Source of the DNA: Okamejei kenojei
Lineage: Eukaryota
Direction of reading: 5' to 3'
DNA: 64,000 bases
NCBI GenBank assembly: GCA_035221665.1
Contig: CM069137.1
Location: forward strand, 41,230,001-41,294,000
The notes under the pieces: model-generated
The model's input: the letters and a program-made list of their open reading frames with translations, nothing else
What the model was told of the DNA's origin: nothing
Databases searched by the model: none
Made by a program: the position numbers and the translations under genes
Part shown: positions 13,448-26,728 of the stretch, one piece after another
How positions within the stretch are numbered: position 1 is the first letter of the stretch
Layout of the letters: the number at the start of each line of letters is the position of its first letter

Positions 13448-13835
13448 ATATGGTTATATGGTTGTTAATTATATTTATATAATAAATATTTAAAATATAA
13501 AATCACCAATGACAGAGGCAATTAGAAGGGACTGGGAACAAGAATTATTGATAAAAATTCCATAAAGACAGATGCGAAAAATACCTATTATATGTACATA
13601 AATGTTCGATTAATGTAAGGCATAGATTTAATTCAATTTAAAATGTTACATAATACTATATTATTCGAAACTAGACTGAATAAAATGTTTCCCAACTCTC
13701 TCCCCCCACCCCCTAATTTGTGACAAATGTCTAATCTCAAATTGCCACTATAACACATTGTCCTTTGTCTCCTGTACAAAACTTCACAAATTTTGGAACA
13801 AAATTTTGGAACTTTTACAAAACTATTTAACATAA

Positions 13836-16800
13836 AAATAGTAAGGTTAAATGAGAACTTAACCTTACTTTCATACTAGTTTGAAGTTTGATCTTTATTT
13901 TTGAGGAATTGCGATGAGGGATTTCGTGAAGACCCCGCCCCTCCAGCACGCATTCGCGACATTCTTCAAAGCAGCGGTGTGGAATCACAGAACTACCCAG
14001 TAAATGAACTTAATATAGTACGAGATGAAGAGACTCTATTTACCACTGACCTTATAGTAGAGGGTTTGGGAGCGGAGGCACGAAATCCCTCATCGCAACT
14101 CCTCAAAAATAAAGATCCAACTTCAAACTGAGGTAAGTTCTCGTTTAATCTTACTATTTCTTTCGGAGTCACGTGAGTGACTACGTGAAGATTTCAAAGC
14201 TCTGTGATTACATGCCCTGGATCACGTCCCATGCCCACACACTGCCGTAACACTGATGGAGGCAGTATGTTAACGTATTTTCAGACTTGAACAAGCTGAA
14301 AAATAAAAACATTATTACTGTGTAATACAACAATAAACCCCCTGAACTCGGGTCAAACTTTTAGGAACAGCACTAAAAACTGACTCCGCAAACGTTGCGG
14401 AGCGGCACCCACAGGTTAGTTATGAAATCTAACTGGACAATGTTTCACTCGCCAGCACGCTATTGCGAGGACATGATCCATGAACACCTCCATGGTCCTC
14501 GTCGCTGATGTGGATGCAGCCCTGGTAGAATTACATTTTAAAATGTTTAGTGTCTTACCTGCTGCACCGAATACCACCTTGAGCCATCTGGAGATAGTCT
14601 GCACCGTCACCCTGTGACGTGGGTTTCCATGGCTGATAACAGATCCGCCTCCATAATCCTGATTGCAATTTTCAGACCTGTCTGTGTAGTTTAAGCAACT
14701 CTTTTATAAAGAAGTTACTTTATTATGGGCCGTTCATTCTATCCAGGTTTAATTCCTGTAGAGTCTGGACCCGTTGTGCTGTGTTCAGTGCCATTGCCAA
14801 CACCAATTTAAAGGTGAGTAAGACCAGTGGTAAATCCGTCTTAGGCGACCTGCTCCTGAGTAGGGTCAACACCATTCTTATATCTCAGGTAATATAATAT
14901 CGTGGTCGGGGAAGGATGGATAGAACATATCCCTCATAGTGTGGATACCAGCTGGTGGGATCCCACTCCAATGTTGAGATAGGATGAAAGTGCACTCCTG
15001 GCACTGTATACGGCACTGTAACTGAGGGACTCATCATAATGAAGACCCGTGAGGATGTACATTGGAGATCGTAGCAGATATGTAGGTGGTCTTGGTCCAA
15101 CTACAGAAACCTCCCATAATCTTATGTAGGTGAGGTACTGCTTCCTAGTGGACTCTCTCTGCACAAAGCTGTATGACGTCCATGGTCCTTTATGTTGCAG
15201 AATCTGGTTGCGTTTTCTGCAACACCTGACTGATACAGCAGAATGGGGAAAGCATAGAAATCCATTTCCTTCCCCCAATGTAGTTGAGAACTCGTCCCAT
15301 CACCACTGCCCCAGATCTTGGTTTCTCAGGAGACACATATTGTTATTTAATGGTTTTCAACATGGCCGCAAGGAGGTCGATATCTGGTGTTCCATATTAG
15401 GCTGTAATGTTAGCAAATATTTGGAGGTTCAACATCCACTAGGTGTCTTTATTAAATACTTTGTGACCTGGTGTCCCGCCACACTGTAAAAGCTAACCAG
15501 AAGGTACATAGCTTATATCCAAATATTTCTTCAATGCACCAGAGCCAAATTAATTTTTTTCCAATCATCACACAAGATATTGACTTGATACCACCCATAA
15601 GGTTTTAAATATGCCACCTCAGTGGTAAATATTTTGAAGATGGACAATACGTATGCTGCTGATTAAAAGTGCATTAAGCCCGGAGCCCGTGACATGCTCC
15701 CAGCAATTTCAGAATAGTCCCAGCCCTTGTGTTTGTGTCGGTCTGTAAACACGACTAATGGTTTTTATGTAATGATGGGATTTAACAATCACAAACATTG
15801 CTAATCCACCATTGTAGCTAATTTATGCCTTTGAATTGGCAGCTTGCATAGGCCCGTAAAAAATGTTCCAGCATTCGCTATTAATGCCGAGATTTTGCTC
15901 TTTGCAAGCTTTGATAGTGTAATGGCCCAATTATGTAGCTACAAGTTTACCAATTACCTTAGCAGCATGTCTAATAGTCTCGGTTTTCCTGGCGCAAGCA
16001 AGGCTGTTACATGCCTCTATAATGTCTAATTGCTTGTTTCCCTGGGATAGTGACAATCAGACCCATGTATCCCAGAATGTATGTAACCTCTCTCCTACTT
16101 GTGAGGTTATACATGCAGCACTTCCTAAGAACCAGACCCCCTACCTCCATGGCTACCGGCGGGTCATGTCGTTCTGGTTCCTGGTGTTCCGTTGAATTGT
16201 GTTGAGGTGCAGCTGACGTGTAGGTCCATACTGGTCTTTCAGGTGGCCCGAGGTTCTGCATATGAATGTTTGCCTCCTCACTGCCGGCCCTGCTGGAGGG
16301 AGGTGGGGGTGGGGGTTATCAACCGACCTGCCTCCCCGCCTCCTAATATCCAGGTCCTTGTGGGGGACCTGTATTGGGCAGGTCCTCACCGAACAGCTTA
16401 TGTCTCAGTGGTGGTGTGTTGCAGATGCCTTGTACAACCCCGCAAAATATGGGTTTAGGAGTCGGTTAAAATGGCGATATTTCGGGAAGCGTTAACTTCA
16501 TGACTAAATCGCAAGATCAATAAAAAAGAGCATCCTCCTGCTCTGCCGTCATTTCTGTACCATCAACCGACCTGGCAAAGTAAGTAATTACAGTAATCCC
16601 CGACGTCAGCAAATTTCAGGATCTTTTGTAACTTCAGCTCCTGTGCCCTTATCCCGGGACTGTTGAATTGCCCCCAGATGGGCGTGTTGACTGTCGGTAC
16701 ATTCAACGATATGCAGTTGTTTGGGCCTTGTATTTGTTGATCGCCTTGGTAAGGACCTGTTCCTGCAGCTGGTGTGTGGTGAGGGATAGTCTAGTAAAAT

Positions 16801-18430
16801 GAAGCTTGGAATGCTAGCCCCTAATTTCCCCGGCTGCAAAAGGTTGACCTGAATGCTTCCTCCCCACAAAAATGGGCGAACATGAGACCCACATTGCACA
16901 TTTCCTCCTGGGTTTTCTCAGGTACTACAGGTTCCTGCTCCACCCTACTTACGTGCCAGCCGGCTGCTGATCCGTGGCATTCCCCACCAATGACGGGGCC
17001 CAGCCGCATGTCTCCAGGACTGGAGGACATCTGGTCCAGCTGCAGAGATTGTGTTCTAGGATACGCTCCATCATGCGCTCTATCCGAGCCATGCGACCGC
17101 CGCCGCATCTGCGGACGAAAAGTCAACTTCCTCAGGTTCTGGAGAATCTCTGAGGCTCTGTCATCGCCCCGCACCTCGTCGAGGTGATAACAAGGGTGCC
17201 TAGACAGGATGTCGCTGCCTGCCGCTTCTGCGTGGCAAATGGACTCCTGCACGGACCTGCCGCTGGCCCGCCGTCTTCCGGACGGAGGCGGCCCGCTAAT
17301 CTGATAAGACATCAGCGGTGATGAGTCGGTCCCGGCCGCCGAAGCGTGGTACCCCGACGTCTGCGCAGGCTTGCCGCCTGTCCTCCTTAGGGACAAAGGC
17401 GACGTTCGGACACGTCCTGCTGCTAAAGGGGGTGCGGTGACCGAGATGAGACTACACCGGCCTGCAATCTGGCAGGGCTCCCCCGGTGGTGAGTCTGTGT
17501 CCTCCTTTGGGACAAAGGCGATGTTTGTTCACGTCCTGCCGCTAAAGGGGGGTGCGGTGACCGAGATGAGACTACACCGGCCCACGATATGGCAGGCTCT
17601 CCCGGTGGTGAGTCTGTGCCGGCCGCTTTGGCTTGCAAGAGGACCCAGGCCCAATCTTTCACCGGTCCGCGAACTGGCGGCCTGCTCCGGTGGAAAGTCG
17701 ACCCCGGCTCCTACAGCGGGGCTCACCGACTGCTGTGCGGTCTCTTCCTTTCCCCATGTCCTCCCTCTGGTGACCTGCATAGTTGGGGGAGAGAGAACGT
17801 CAGCCGCCGAGCGGATAACACGCTTACACACCTTTTTTTGCTCCACTGTCCCTATGCTTAGGTGACAGTGGTAGGGAGTCACGATCTTGCCTACCCTGCT
17901 CCTGCGTTGTGTGTTCCAACCACTTTTATGGCTCCATGGCCAGCCGTGTGGAGAATCAGGTCCTGGCTGCGCAGGGCTCCCCGGTTTCCGCGTTCTTATC
18001 CCGGCCCGCAGAGCGGGCGCTGCCGGTGTTGCTGGCAGCTCCGAGAATAGTGGGCGCTGACTCCCATCCGAAGTCCCATGGCCCTGGGAGGCATACTTCA
18101 ATGCCTTCATTCTGGTCCCCCATCCATTGTTTCTGTAAGCAAAGTCTAGTACAGAAGCTAAACAACTCAAAGTTAGTATCTTACCTGAGGGTCTTTATGA
18201 GCTTCCGGTGGAGGAGCGCACTTTCTCCCCCCCCCCCCCCAGCTCAAATGGTGACCAGACTCTCATGCGGGACATAGACTGCCGTTAACGGCAAGGCTCC
18301 CGCCTGTGTGTGAGTCGGGGCCCCGGCTCTGTCTACTACCTCTATAGGGTAGCACATCCGGTCGACGATATGTCGTGCATGCTTGCCTGACGGGGTTTCA
18401 CGAAGTCACTCATGTGACTCCGAAATGAAA
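13836..18430 (-). mobile_element. DIRS1-type retrotransposon (degenerate), nested in the L1-clade element
   Basis: Tyrosine recombinase remnants (TISRWLK...NSTRAASTS at 14416-14610; RESTRKQYLTYIRLW; SYSAVYSARSALSS). The internal complementary region 14079-14190 pairs with both termini (13836-13928 and ~18400-18430). L1 sequence resumes at 18431. Confidence 0.85.
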
Positions 18431-19108
18431 TTGAACCCCAATACAAAACTGATTATCTTTGGATCAATGGAAGATGGACGTAAGCTAATTACGTTTCAAG
18501 AATCTCCCTTTAATTATGGTTTAATAACAACAAAAAAACTTATACTTAAATTTTGGAAAAACGCATCCAATCCAACGTTTAAAATGTGGATTTCAACTAT
18601 GTCGGAAACGTTACATCTTGAAGAAATGTGATTCCTCCTATTAGGCAAAGCAGACCAATTCTTAAAGATTTGGTCTCCTTTTATCGACTTCTTACAAGCA
18701 TATGGTGCAACATAACCTTAGAAATTAAATGGTTCAGAACCGGGTGACGGGTGGGTAAAGATATTAAATAGGTATATCTCTCTTAATCTCTTTTCCTTCT
18801 TTTTTTTTCTCTAGCTTATTTTTTCTTTCTGTTTCTCTTGCTATTTGTTTCTACTCTCTTGTCTATCTATCTCTTTTTCAGGCTTTTCTTTTTATATCAC
18901 GAACTAGCACCATCACCATTTCCTACGACACTTTCTATTTTCTTCTTTCTATCATTGCTTTTCATACTGGCTGTTTTATTATTAAATTAAAAATAAGAAG
19001 TTGTACAAGAATTGTAATATGTCTGTATGCATCAGGTACTTATGTACTACATTACTGTATTTACTTCTAACAAAAATAAATCAAAAAAAAAAAAATAAAT
19101 TAAAAAAG

Positions 19109-19625
19109 TTATGGGCACCGTGTTATAGGAAAAAATATGTCAAGCTGGAAAGGGTACAGAGAAGATTTACGAGAATGTTGCTAGGACTAGAGGGTGTGAG
19201 CTATAGGGAGAGGTTGAGTAGGTTGGGACTATTCCTTGGACTGCAGGAGGATGAGAGGTGATCTTAGAGAGGTGTATAAGATCATGAGAGGAATAGATCA
19301 GGTGCATGCACAGAGTCTCTTGCCCAGAGTATCGTGGACCAGTGGACATAGGCTTGCCTTAAGGTGAAGGGAAACACATTTAATAGGAATCTGAGGGGTA
19401 ACTATTTTACACAAAGGGTGGTGGAAGTATGGAACAAGCTGCCAGAGGAGGTAGTTGATGCAGAGACTATCCCAATATTTATTATACATTTAGGCAGGAC
19501 CAGGTTTGGAGATATATGGACTAAATGCGGGGAGGTGGGACTAGTGTAGCTGGGACATGTTGGCCGGTGTAGGCAAGTTGGGCTGAAGGGCCTCTTTCCA
19601 CACTGTATCACTCTATGACTCTATA
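19109..19625 (+). mobile_element. 3' part of the CR1 LINE begun at 3515
   Basis: KLERVQRRFTRML, FTQRVVEVWNKLP, and a CTCTATGACTCTAT tail. Confidence 0.85.
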
Positions 19626-20104
19626 AATCTATTTTCTTCCTGAGTTGTTTTGCATGTCAGTAATCTAGAGGAGTTCATCCAGTCATTGGGTTTGCATCAA
19701 CTTGTCTGTCCTTGATGGTGCAGCTCAATTTTCCAGTGGGATTGTCCGATGTGGGACGTCCAGACATGGGACTTCTTTATCTGGTCCACTGCCTACAGTG
19801 TTGGTAAATTTGCTGCTATAGATTGACGTTAGGCATTGCTTCCTGGATAAATTATTTCACGCAGCAAGAGTGAAATCTTTGCGTTGTTTGATGTTCATAT
19901 TTGACATTAGGTTTTTATTTTATTTAGTTTAAAATCTCCAACAATTATGTTCTGAAAGAATGAGATTTTGGGGCCAAAGAAATGGGTGGGATGTAATTAG
20001 GGATTAGATATTATTGAAATGAGCATCTTCCTTAATTTAGCATCTTCAGTATTTTCTCTCTTCTTCAGTGGATGCACTGTGGGTGAATACTTTAACAGTG
20101 TACA

Positions 20105-20290
20105 ATGGTGCAGTGGGTAGAGCTGCTGCCTCACAGTTGCAGTTCAATCCTGACTTCCAGTGTTATCCATGTGGAATTTGTACGTTCTGCCTGTGACTGC
20201 TTGGGTTTAACCTGGGTGCCCCAAATTCCTCACATATCCCAAAGATGCTCAGATCGATGGGTTAATTAGCCGCTGTAATTTATTAGTTAG
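20105..20290 (+). mobile_element. tRNA-derived SINE (HE1/V-SINE-like)
   Basis: GGTGCAGTGGGTAGAGCTGCTGCCTCACAG...GTTCAATCCTG A/B-box-like head followed by a TGTGGAATTTGTACGTTCT core; related copies at ~32020, ~34800-34920, 35150-35437 and ~52950-53095. Confidence 0.6.
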
Positions 20291-20854
20291 TTAGTTTAGA
20301 TTATTGCACCGGTATGTGGGTGGGTGGTAGAATCATTTGAAACATTTTAGAAATTAATTAAATGTATTCACTTAAGTCAACAAAACAAACTAAATAAACC
20401 AGTGCTTACCATTTAGATGTGTGGTGAGCTGGGCAGTGGTCCGAGCGGTGATTCATACTGCCATCTCTCCACCAACCCACTAATGAACCCTATATTTCAT
20501 CCTGTCGGCTCCAATACATTCATGTTGCCGGGATTGTAGACTCTGGACAATTTGCAAGGACGGTTCAAGCTCAAATCTTCACCCCATCCGTCTTTGGAAT
20601 AAAAAAGCAACAAAAGCTTTTCACTGTACTAAACTTAAACTGACCCATACAGATACCGATCAAAGGGTAGCTTCATTACGAGCAATGTTAGCTTTTGAAT
20701 TCTTGGTGAACATGCATTGTTGAGCCATGCATTTCATCAGAAACAGCTACCTATTTGATTCCAATACTGTCTGTTGAGGGTGCAAGTTATCATTGGCAAT
20801 AAGATAATTGTCTTCCAGTGATAGCAACTGCTCACACAGTCAGCAATACATTCT

Positions 20855-21145
20855 TAAACTGTGGCCCCTGGTTCTGGACACCCCAACATCGGGAACATGT
20901 TTCCTGCCATTAGCGTGTCCAATCCCTTAATAATCTAACATGTTTCAATAAGATCCCCTCTCATCCTTCTAAATTCCAGTGTATAGAAGCCCAGTCGCTC
21001 TATTCTATCAACATATGACAGTCTCGCCATCCTGGGAATTAACCTTGTGAACTTACGCTGCACTCCCTCAATAGCAAGAATGTCCTTCCTCAAATTTGGT
21101 GACCAAAACTGCAAACAATAGATGTGGTCTCCCAGGGCCCTGTAC
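20855..21145 (-). mobile_element. CR1 fragment (homologous piece at ~36385-37045 in the next duplication unit)
   Basis: ORF text CLQFWSPNLRKDILAIEGVQRKFTRLIP. Confidence 0.75.
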
Positions 21146-22280
21146 AGATGAACAGGAATGCGGCTTATGTGAACACGATGGTGGAGGAGGCACACCTATG
21201 CCAGGCACGTCTGCTTTCAGAGCACATCGCACCTGAAGGATTTAACCAGTTATCGTGAGGGACCGCTGCTTTCAGAGTCTCAATATTTGTTTCACCCTAG
21301 ATATCAGCTCCAATTAATTTTTGTTACTCACTTCTGCCACTCCAAACCAAATCCCCAGCATTTCATGTAGTCGGACGTGACATTGAAGGAGACAGAGAAC
21401 CAGTTGGACCAGTAGCCAAAGACCAACGCCATGCTCTTCTTACAGTTTACTCTGGTTCCTGATGCCAACTCAATCTGGTCACTGATGCTCATCATTGTGT
21501 GAAGTCTAGGTGAAAGACAGCGACCGACATCATTGATGTACAGGGATGTTTTTACCTCAGTGCCCCTCACTGTCTGGGGGCAATGTCACCCCTCTCATGC
21601 GCCTCAATGGCTACTGCTCTTTTAACAGCTCCGTCAGGAGGATCTAAGGATCCATAAGGACATAATATGTTTATGCAGTCTTCACACCTTCAGTGAATCG
21701 CACTATCACTCTTTCAGACTCTCTGACTCTATCTGAATGGAGGAGAGCAGGGTTAGGTCAGACCTAGGACTGTGGGCTAGGTGGAGCATCACCCACTAAT
21801 GATTCAGGGAGAGTCATATAATTTCTCCTGAGAGTCAGAGGAAAAACAACTTCTAAAGCACAGGTCTAGGGGAAAGGGAAAGGCAGAAGGAAGGAAAGGA
21901 CATGGATGGAGTGAAAGCCGAAAGGGATTAAAGGAAAATAAGCTTGAGAGCACAAGATAAGAGAAAATTGCATGAGAGCAGCAGAAGAAATGAAAGCTGA
22001 GTTAATAGGACGTATACTGATTAAATGTACCAGAGGAATGTGGAGGGGTATAGGGAATCTGGATTAAACATGTTGGAATTGCATAAGGTCTGAATATATA
22101 GGCCTCAATGCTGAGTCAGGAAGGCCGGGTGAGATGTGCTGTTCCTCAGTCTTATACAAAAGTGTTGATGATGGCGATGTCAGAGAGCAAGCGAGACAGA
22201 GAACTGAAGTATCTGGAGGATTAGGTCTGTACTTGTATGATTCTTTCTTTCATCTCTCTGTTGCAGACACACACATAGTA

Positions 22281-24190
22281 ACCATATAACCATATAACAA
22301 TTACAGCACGGAAACAGGCCCTCTCGGCCCTTCCAGTCCGTGCCGACCATTTGTTTTCCCCTAGTCCCATCTACCTGCACTCAGACCATACTCCTCCATT
22401 CCCTTCCCGTCCATATACCTATCCACTTTACTTTTAAATGTTAAAATTGATCCTGCCTCCACCACTTCTTTGGAAGCTCATTCCACAGAGCCGCCACCTT
22501 CTGAGTAAAGAAGTTCCCCCTCACATTACCCCTAAACTTCTGTCCCTTAATTCTCATGTCATGCCCTCTTGTTTGAATCTTCCCTACCCTCAATGGGAAA
22601 AGCTTATCCACGTCAACTCTGTCTATCCCTTTCATCATTTTAAAGACCTCAATCAAGTCCCCCGTTAACCTTCTGCGCTCCAAAGAATAAAGACCTAACT
22701 TGTTCAACCTTTCTCTGTAACATAGTTGCTGGAACCCAGGCAACATTCTAGTAAATCTCCTCTGTACTCTCTCTATTTTGTTGACATCCTTCCTATAATT
22801 AGGCAACCAAAATTGTAAACCATACTCCAGAATTGGTCTTACCAATGTCTTGTACAATTTTAACATTACTTCCCTACTCCTATATTCAATGCTCTGATTT
22901 ATAAAGGCCAGCACACCAAAGGCTTTCTTTACCACCCTATCTACATGAGATTCCACCTTCAGGGAACTATGCACAGTTATTCCTAGATCCCTCTGTTCCA
23001 CAGATTTCCTCAATTCCCTACCATTTACCATGTACATCCTATTTTGATTTGTCCTGCCAAGATGTAGCACTTCACACTTAACAGCATTAAACTCCATCTG
23101 CCATCTTTCAGCCCACTTTTCCAAATGGCCCAAATCTCTCTGTAGACTTTGAAAATCTACTTAATTATCCACAACACCACCTATCTTAGTATCATCTGCA
23201 TACTTACTTATCCAATTTTCCACCCCATCATCCAGATCATTGATGTACATGACAAACAACAGTGGACCCAACACAGATCCCTGAGGCACCCCACTGGTCA
23301 CCGGCTTCCAACCTGACAAACAGCCATCCACCATTACTCTCTGACATCTCCCATTTAGTCACTGTTGAATCCATCTTGCTACTCCGCCATTAACACCCAA
23401 AGATTGAACCTTCTTAACCAACCTTCCATGGGGAACCTTGTCAAAGGCCTTGCTGAAATCCATATAGACAACATCCACTGCTTTACCCTCATCAATTTCC
23501 ATAGTAACCGCTTCAAAAAATTCAAGAAGGTTTGTCAAACATGACCTTCCAGGCACAAATCCATGTTGACTGTTCCTGATCAGACCCTGTTTATCCAGAT
23601 GCTTATGTATATTATCTCTAAGTATCCTTTCCATTAATTTGCCCACCACTGACGTCAAACTAACAGGTCTATAATTGCTAGGTTTATTCTTTGAACCATT
23701 TTTAAACAATGGAACAATATGCGCTGTACGCCAATCCTCTGGCACTATTCCCGTTTCTAATGACATTTGAAATATTTCTGTCATAGCTCCTGCTATTTCT
23801 ACACTAACTTCCCAATGTCAATGTCCACTTATCCACTTTTATATTTTTCAAAAGTGTCAGTACTTCCTCCTCTTTGAATCTCATAGTTTCCATAGCTACT
23901 CTACTTTTTTCCCTTACCTCAAAGAGTTCACTATCCTTCTCATTGGTGAATACCGAAGAAAAGAAATTGTTCAATATCTCCCCCATCTCTTTTGGCTCTG
24001 CAGATAGCTGTCCATTTTGGCTCTCTACTGGTCCAATTTTATCCCTCGTTATCCTTTTGCTATTAATATAGCTGTAGAAACCCTTTGGGTTTACTTTCAC
24101 CTTTCTTGCCAAAGCAACCGCATATCTTCTTTTAGCCTTCCTAATTTAATTTCTTAAGATTCTTTTTACATTCTTTATACTCCTCACTTT
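22281..24190 (-). mobile_element. 5'-truncated CR1 LINE specific to the copy A upstream region
   Basis: ORFs 23804-24112, 23359-23784 and 22441-23133 ([35 protein letters not shown]); TATGGTTA tail; ATAGTA duplication at 22275-22280 and 24191-24196; absent at the homologous sites ~38335 and ~58795. Confidence 0.92.
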
Positions 24191-26590
24191 ATAGTACTCA
24201 CACAAAAAACCCCAATAATATTGCAATAATAACAATAATAGTCTAGGTAGTTCAGAGCTGATTTGAGGTTGTAGTGTTTAATATCCGAATAGCTGTAGGG
24301 AAGAAGCTGTTCCTTAACCTGGATGTTACAGTTTTCAGGCTTCTCTCCCTTCTTCCCGATGGTAGGGATGAAATTACTGTGAGACCAGGGTGGTGTGGGT
24401 CTCTGATTATGCTGGCTGCCTTTTTGAGGCAGCAATTTCAGTAAATCCCTTCGATGGCGGGGAGGTCAGAACCGGAGGTCAGAGCCGGTGATGGACTGGG
24501 CAGCATGCACAACTTTTTGTGCACACTTTTTCAAAATGTTACCATTTGTGCCACTGCACATCTTTTCAATTTCTCCCCTTCAGATTCTCAGGCTCTATCT
24601 GTATCCACTCTTTCTGCCCATTTATTCCATGGCTTCGCTTTTGATGATATGTTTTCTGCAGGCATTTTACAAAGCACCCTTTGAAAGTTCATGCACACCA
24701 CTTCGACCACACTGCCCCATGAAATATCTCAAACATTGGTTAAAAGCAATTTGAAAACCTCTGCTGAATTTCCTTTAAAAATACTTCTGAATGGTTAATA
24801 ATTTTGTCTCTGGTCTTGTTTCTGTAGCTTTGTATCACTGCGGTTGGAATGACTGGCACATCACTATTGGGTTTGTTTTGGGAAACTGTACATCTCCTGT
24901 CCTCTGGCGCCACCAGAGTCTGTGGCAGAGTGGAAGAATGCAGACGCTGATTTATATCAAAGATATAAAAAAGATAGATGACATTTTGATTCAAGACCCT
25001 TCCCCAGTAGGAAGAAACGTCATTCGTCCATTTTCTCCAGAGATGCTGCCTGACCCGTTGAGTCATTCCAACACTTTGTGTCCATTTTTGGCATAAACCG
25101 ACATCTATAGTTCTTTGTTTTTGTTTTTGTTTTTTTTGTTTCTAAATATTGACACTGAATCCTCTCAGCAACCTCAAACACAATCCATCACTTGGAATTA
25201 GTTTATTATTGTCACATCATCGGGAAGAAGGTATAGGTGTCTGGAAACTTCCCAATTCAAGAATGGCTTCTTCCTAACAACCTTCAGGCTCTTGAACAAT
25301 ATACAGCACTAACCTCAACTATAAATATCTATTGATTTTCTTTGATTGGACCGAGTTTTTTTGCACTAGCATTGTGACTTTTAATTTATTGAATTTCATT
25401 TTGTTTATTATACATTTTCTGTATGTATTACATTGATAGGCCAGTGATGCTGCTGCAATACGAATTTAATTGTCCTGATATTGGTATATGTGACGATTAA
25501 GCACTCTTGACTCTTGACTCTCTATTCAGATAAATCATACCATACATGAGTACAAGAGGTAATGCAAAAGAGAAAATAAACAGAGTGCAGAATATAGTGT
25601 TGCAGCTACAGAGAAAGTGTGGATTTTTAAAGAAAGCAAGTTGCACAATGAGATAGATTGGAGGAGTGTAAATTCATCCCCAGCATATGTGAGGTCTATT
25701 CCAGAGTTTGATAACAATGGGGAAGAATATAGAAACAAGGAACTGAAGATGCTGTTTTACCAAGGAAAGATCCAAAATGCTGGAGTAACAGTGGGTCAGG
25801 TAGTATTTTTGAGGAGCAGTTTTGGGTTCGGACCCTTCTTCAGATCCTTCTTCTTAATTACTCCAGGATCCTGGTGAGCAGCATGTCAGGATGATCCCAG
25901 TGAGCATAATTGTCTTGATTATGTTTGCTGTTTTTCCCAGCCAGTGTGAAGTGTATAGGGAATAAATGAGACAATGTGTGTTGTACTTGGCCACACCCAC
26001 AACTCCCTGCAATTTCTTGTGGTCTTGGGCAGAACTGGTGTCAAACAAAGTTGTGATGCATCCTGATATAATAGTTTCTATGGTGCATATGTTGGAATTA
26101 TTAAGTATTTATTTGAAATATGTTAATGGTCCTTACTGGTGTGCTCCCTGGCTGTCACTTCAATGTGGTTGCTCTGAAGAAATTGTTGGTGCTATAAATG
26201 CCTAGGAATTTGAACCCCTTGATCATCACCACTTCAGCCCCATAGACATAGATTGGGGAGTGTACCCCACCTTGTTTTCTGAAGTCAGTGACCAGCTCCA
26301 TGGTTTTGCAGACATTGCTCATGTTTCCTGCAGCAGTATTCTGGAAATTTCAGTACATTCCTGGGGCATTGGCAGTGCACTGCAAATAATTTATACAACA
26401 ATGTATATATTGGCAAGGCAGCTTTGTACACATTATAGATATAGTATAGAACCGAGGGGTTGAATAGCCTCACCCTGTTTAATGTGCCTCTGCTACAAAA
26501 TCTAAACATGATGCTGGCACGAGGAGGAAGCTCTGTCCATAAATGGAGCCCACCTTTCATCTGATTCCGGCGCCCACGACCAGCAAGTTG

Positions 26591-26638
26591 AGCAAACATG
26601 AGTCAGTGTTTGAATGTGGTTGAGGAGCAGGATATAAA
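26591..26638 (+). promoter_or_regulatory. Proximal promoter of copy A: FOX-like site, AP-1 (TGAGTCA), RUNX-like site (TGTGGTT), TATA box
   Basis: AGCAAACA 26591-26598, TGAGTCA 26599-26605, TGTGGTT 26615-26621, TATAAA 26633-26638, about 90 bp before the ATG; conserved in copy C. Confidence 0.65.
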
Positions 26639-26728
26639 GACCGAAGGCAGCGAGGTGAAGGCAGATCGAAAGAGAGAAGCAGCAACTTTAGTCTGAGAAC
26701 CCAGCCGGCTGATCCCACACGAAGCAGA

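Larger units (their letters stand above)
5546..19108 (+). mobile_element. L1/Tx1-clade LINE ORF2 (endonuclease + RT), degenerate; pieces 5546-~8436, ~13465-13835, ~18431-19108
   Basis: Motifs GGDFNCVLD, YSRIDYFLV, KTPGPDGF, LDAEKAFD, RQGCALSP, KMWISTMSETLHLE; A-rich tail 19083-19107; 13-bp TSD TTATGGGCACCGT at 5533-5545 and 19109-19121. Confidence 0.85.

Noticed and set aside
16606-18277. Long ORFs near the DIRS 5' end as a captured gene
   Set aside because: They occupy the gag/ORF1 position of the DIRS element, include an internal duplication (~17390-17620), and show no recognisable host domain.
20105-20165. tRNA gene
   Set aside because: It is the tRNA-derived head of a SINE; there is no full cloverleaf and it continues into the SINE core.
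24454-26463. ORFs recurring in all three duplication units (e.g. MMDWAACTT..., MRQCVLYLATP...) as conserved genes
   Set aside because: They recur only because of the segmental duplication; they overlap old Rex1/Babar-like LINE and SINE fragments, vary in frame and length, and lack splice structure.
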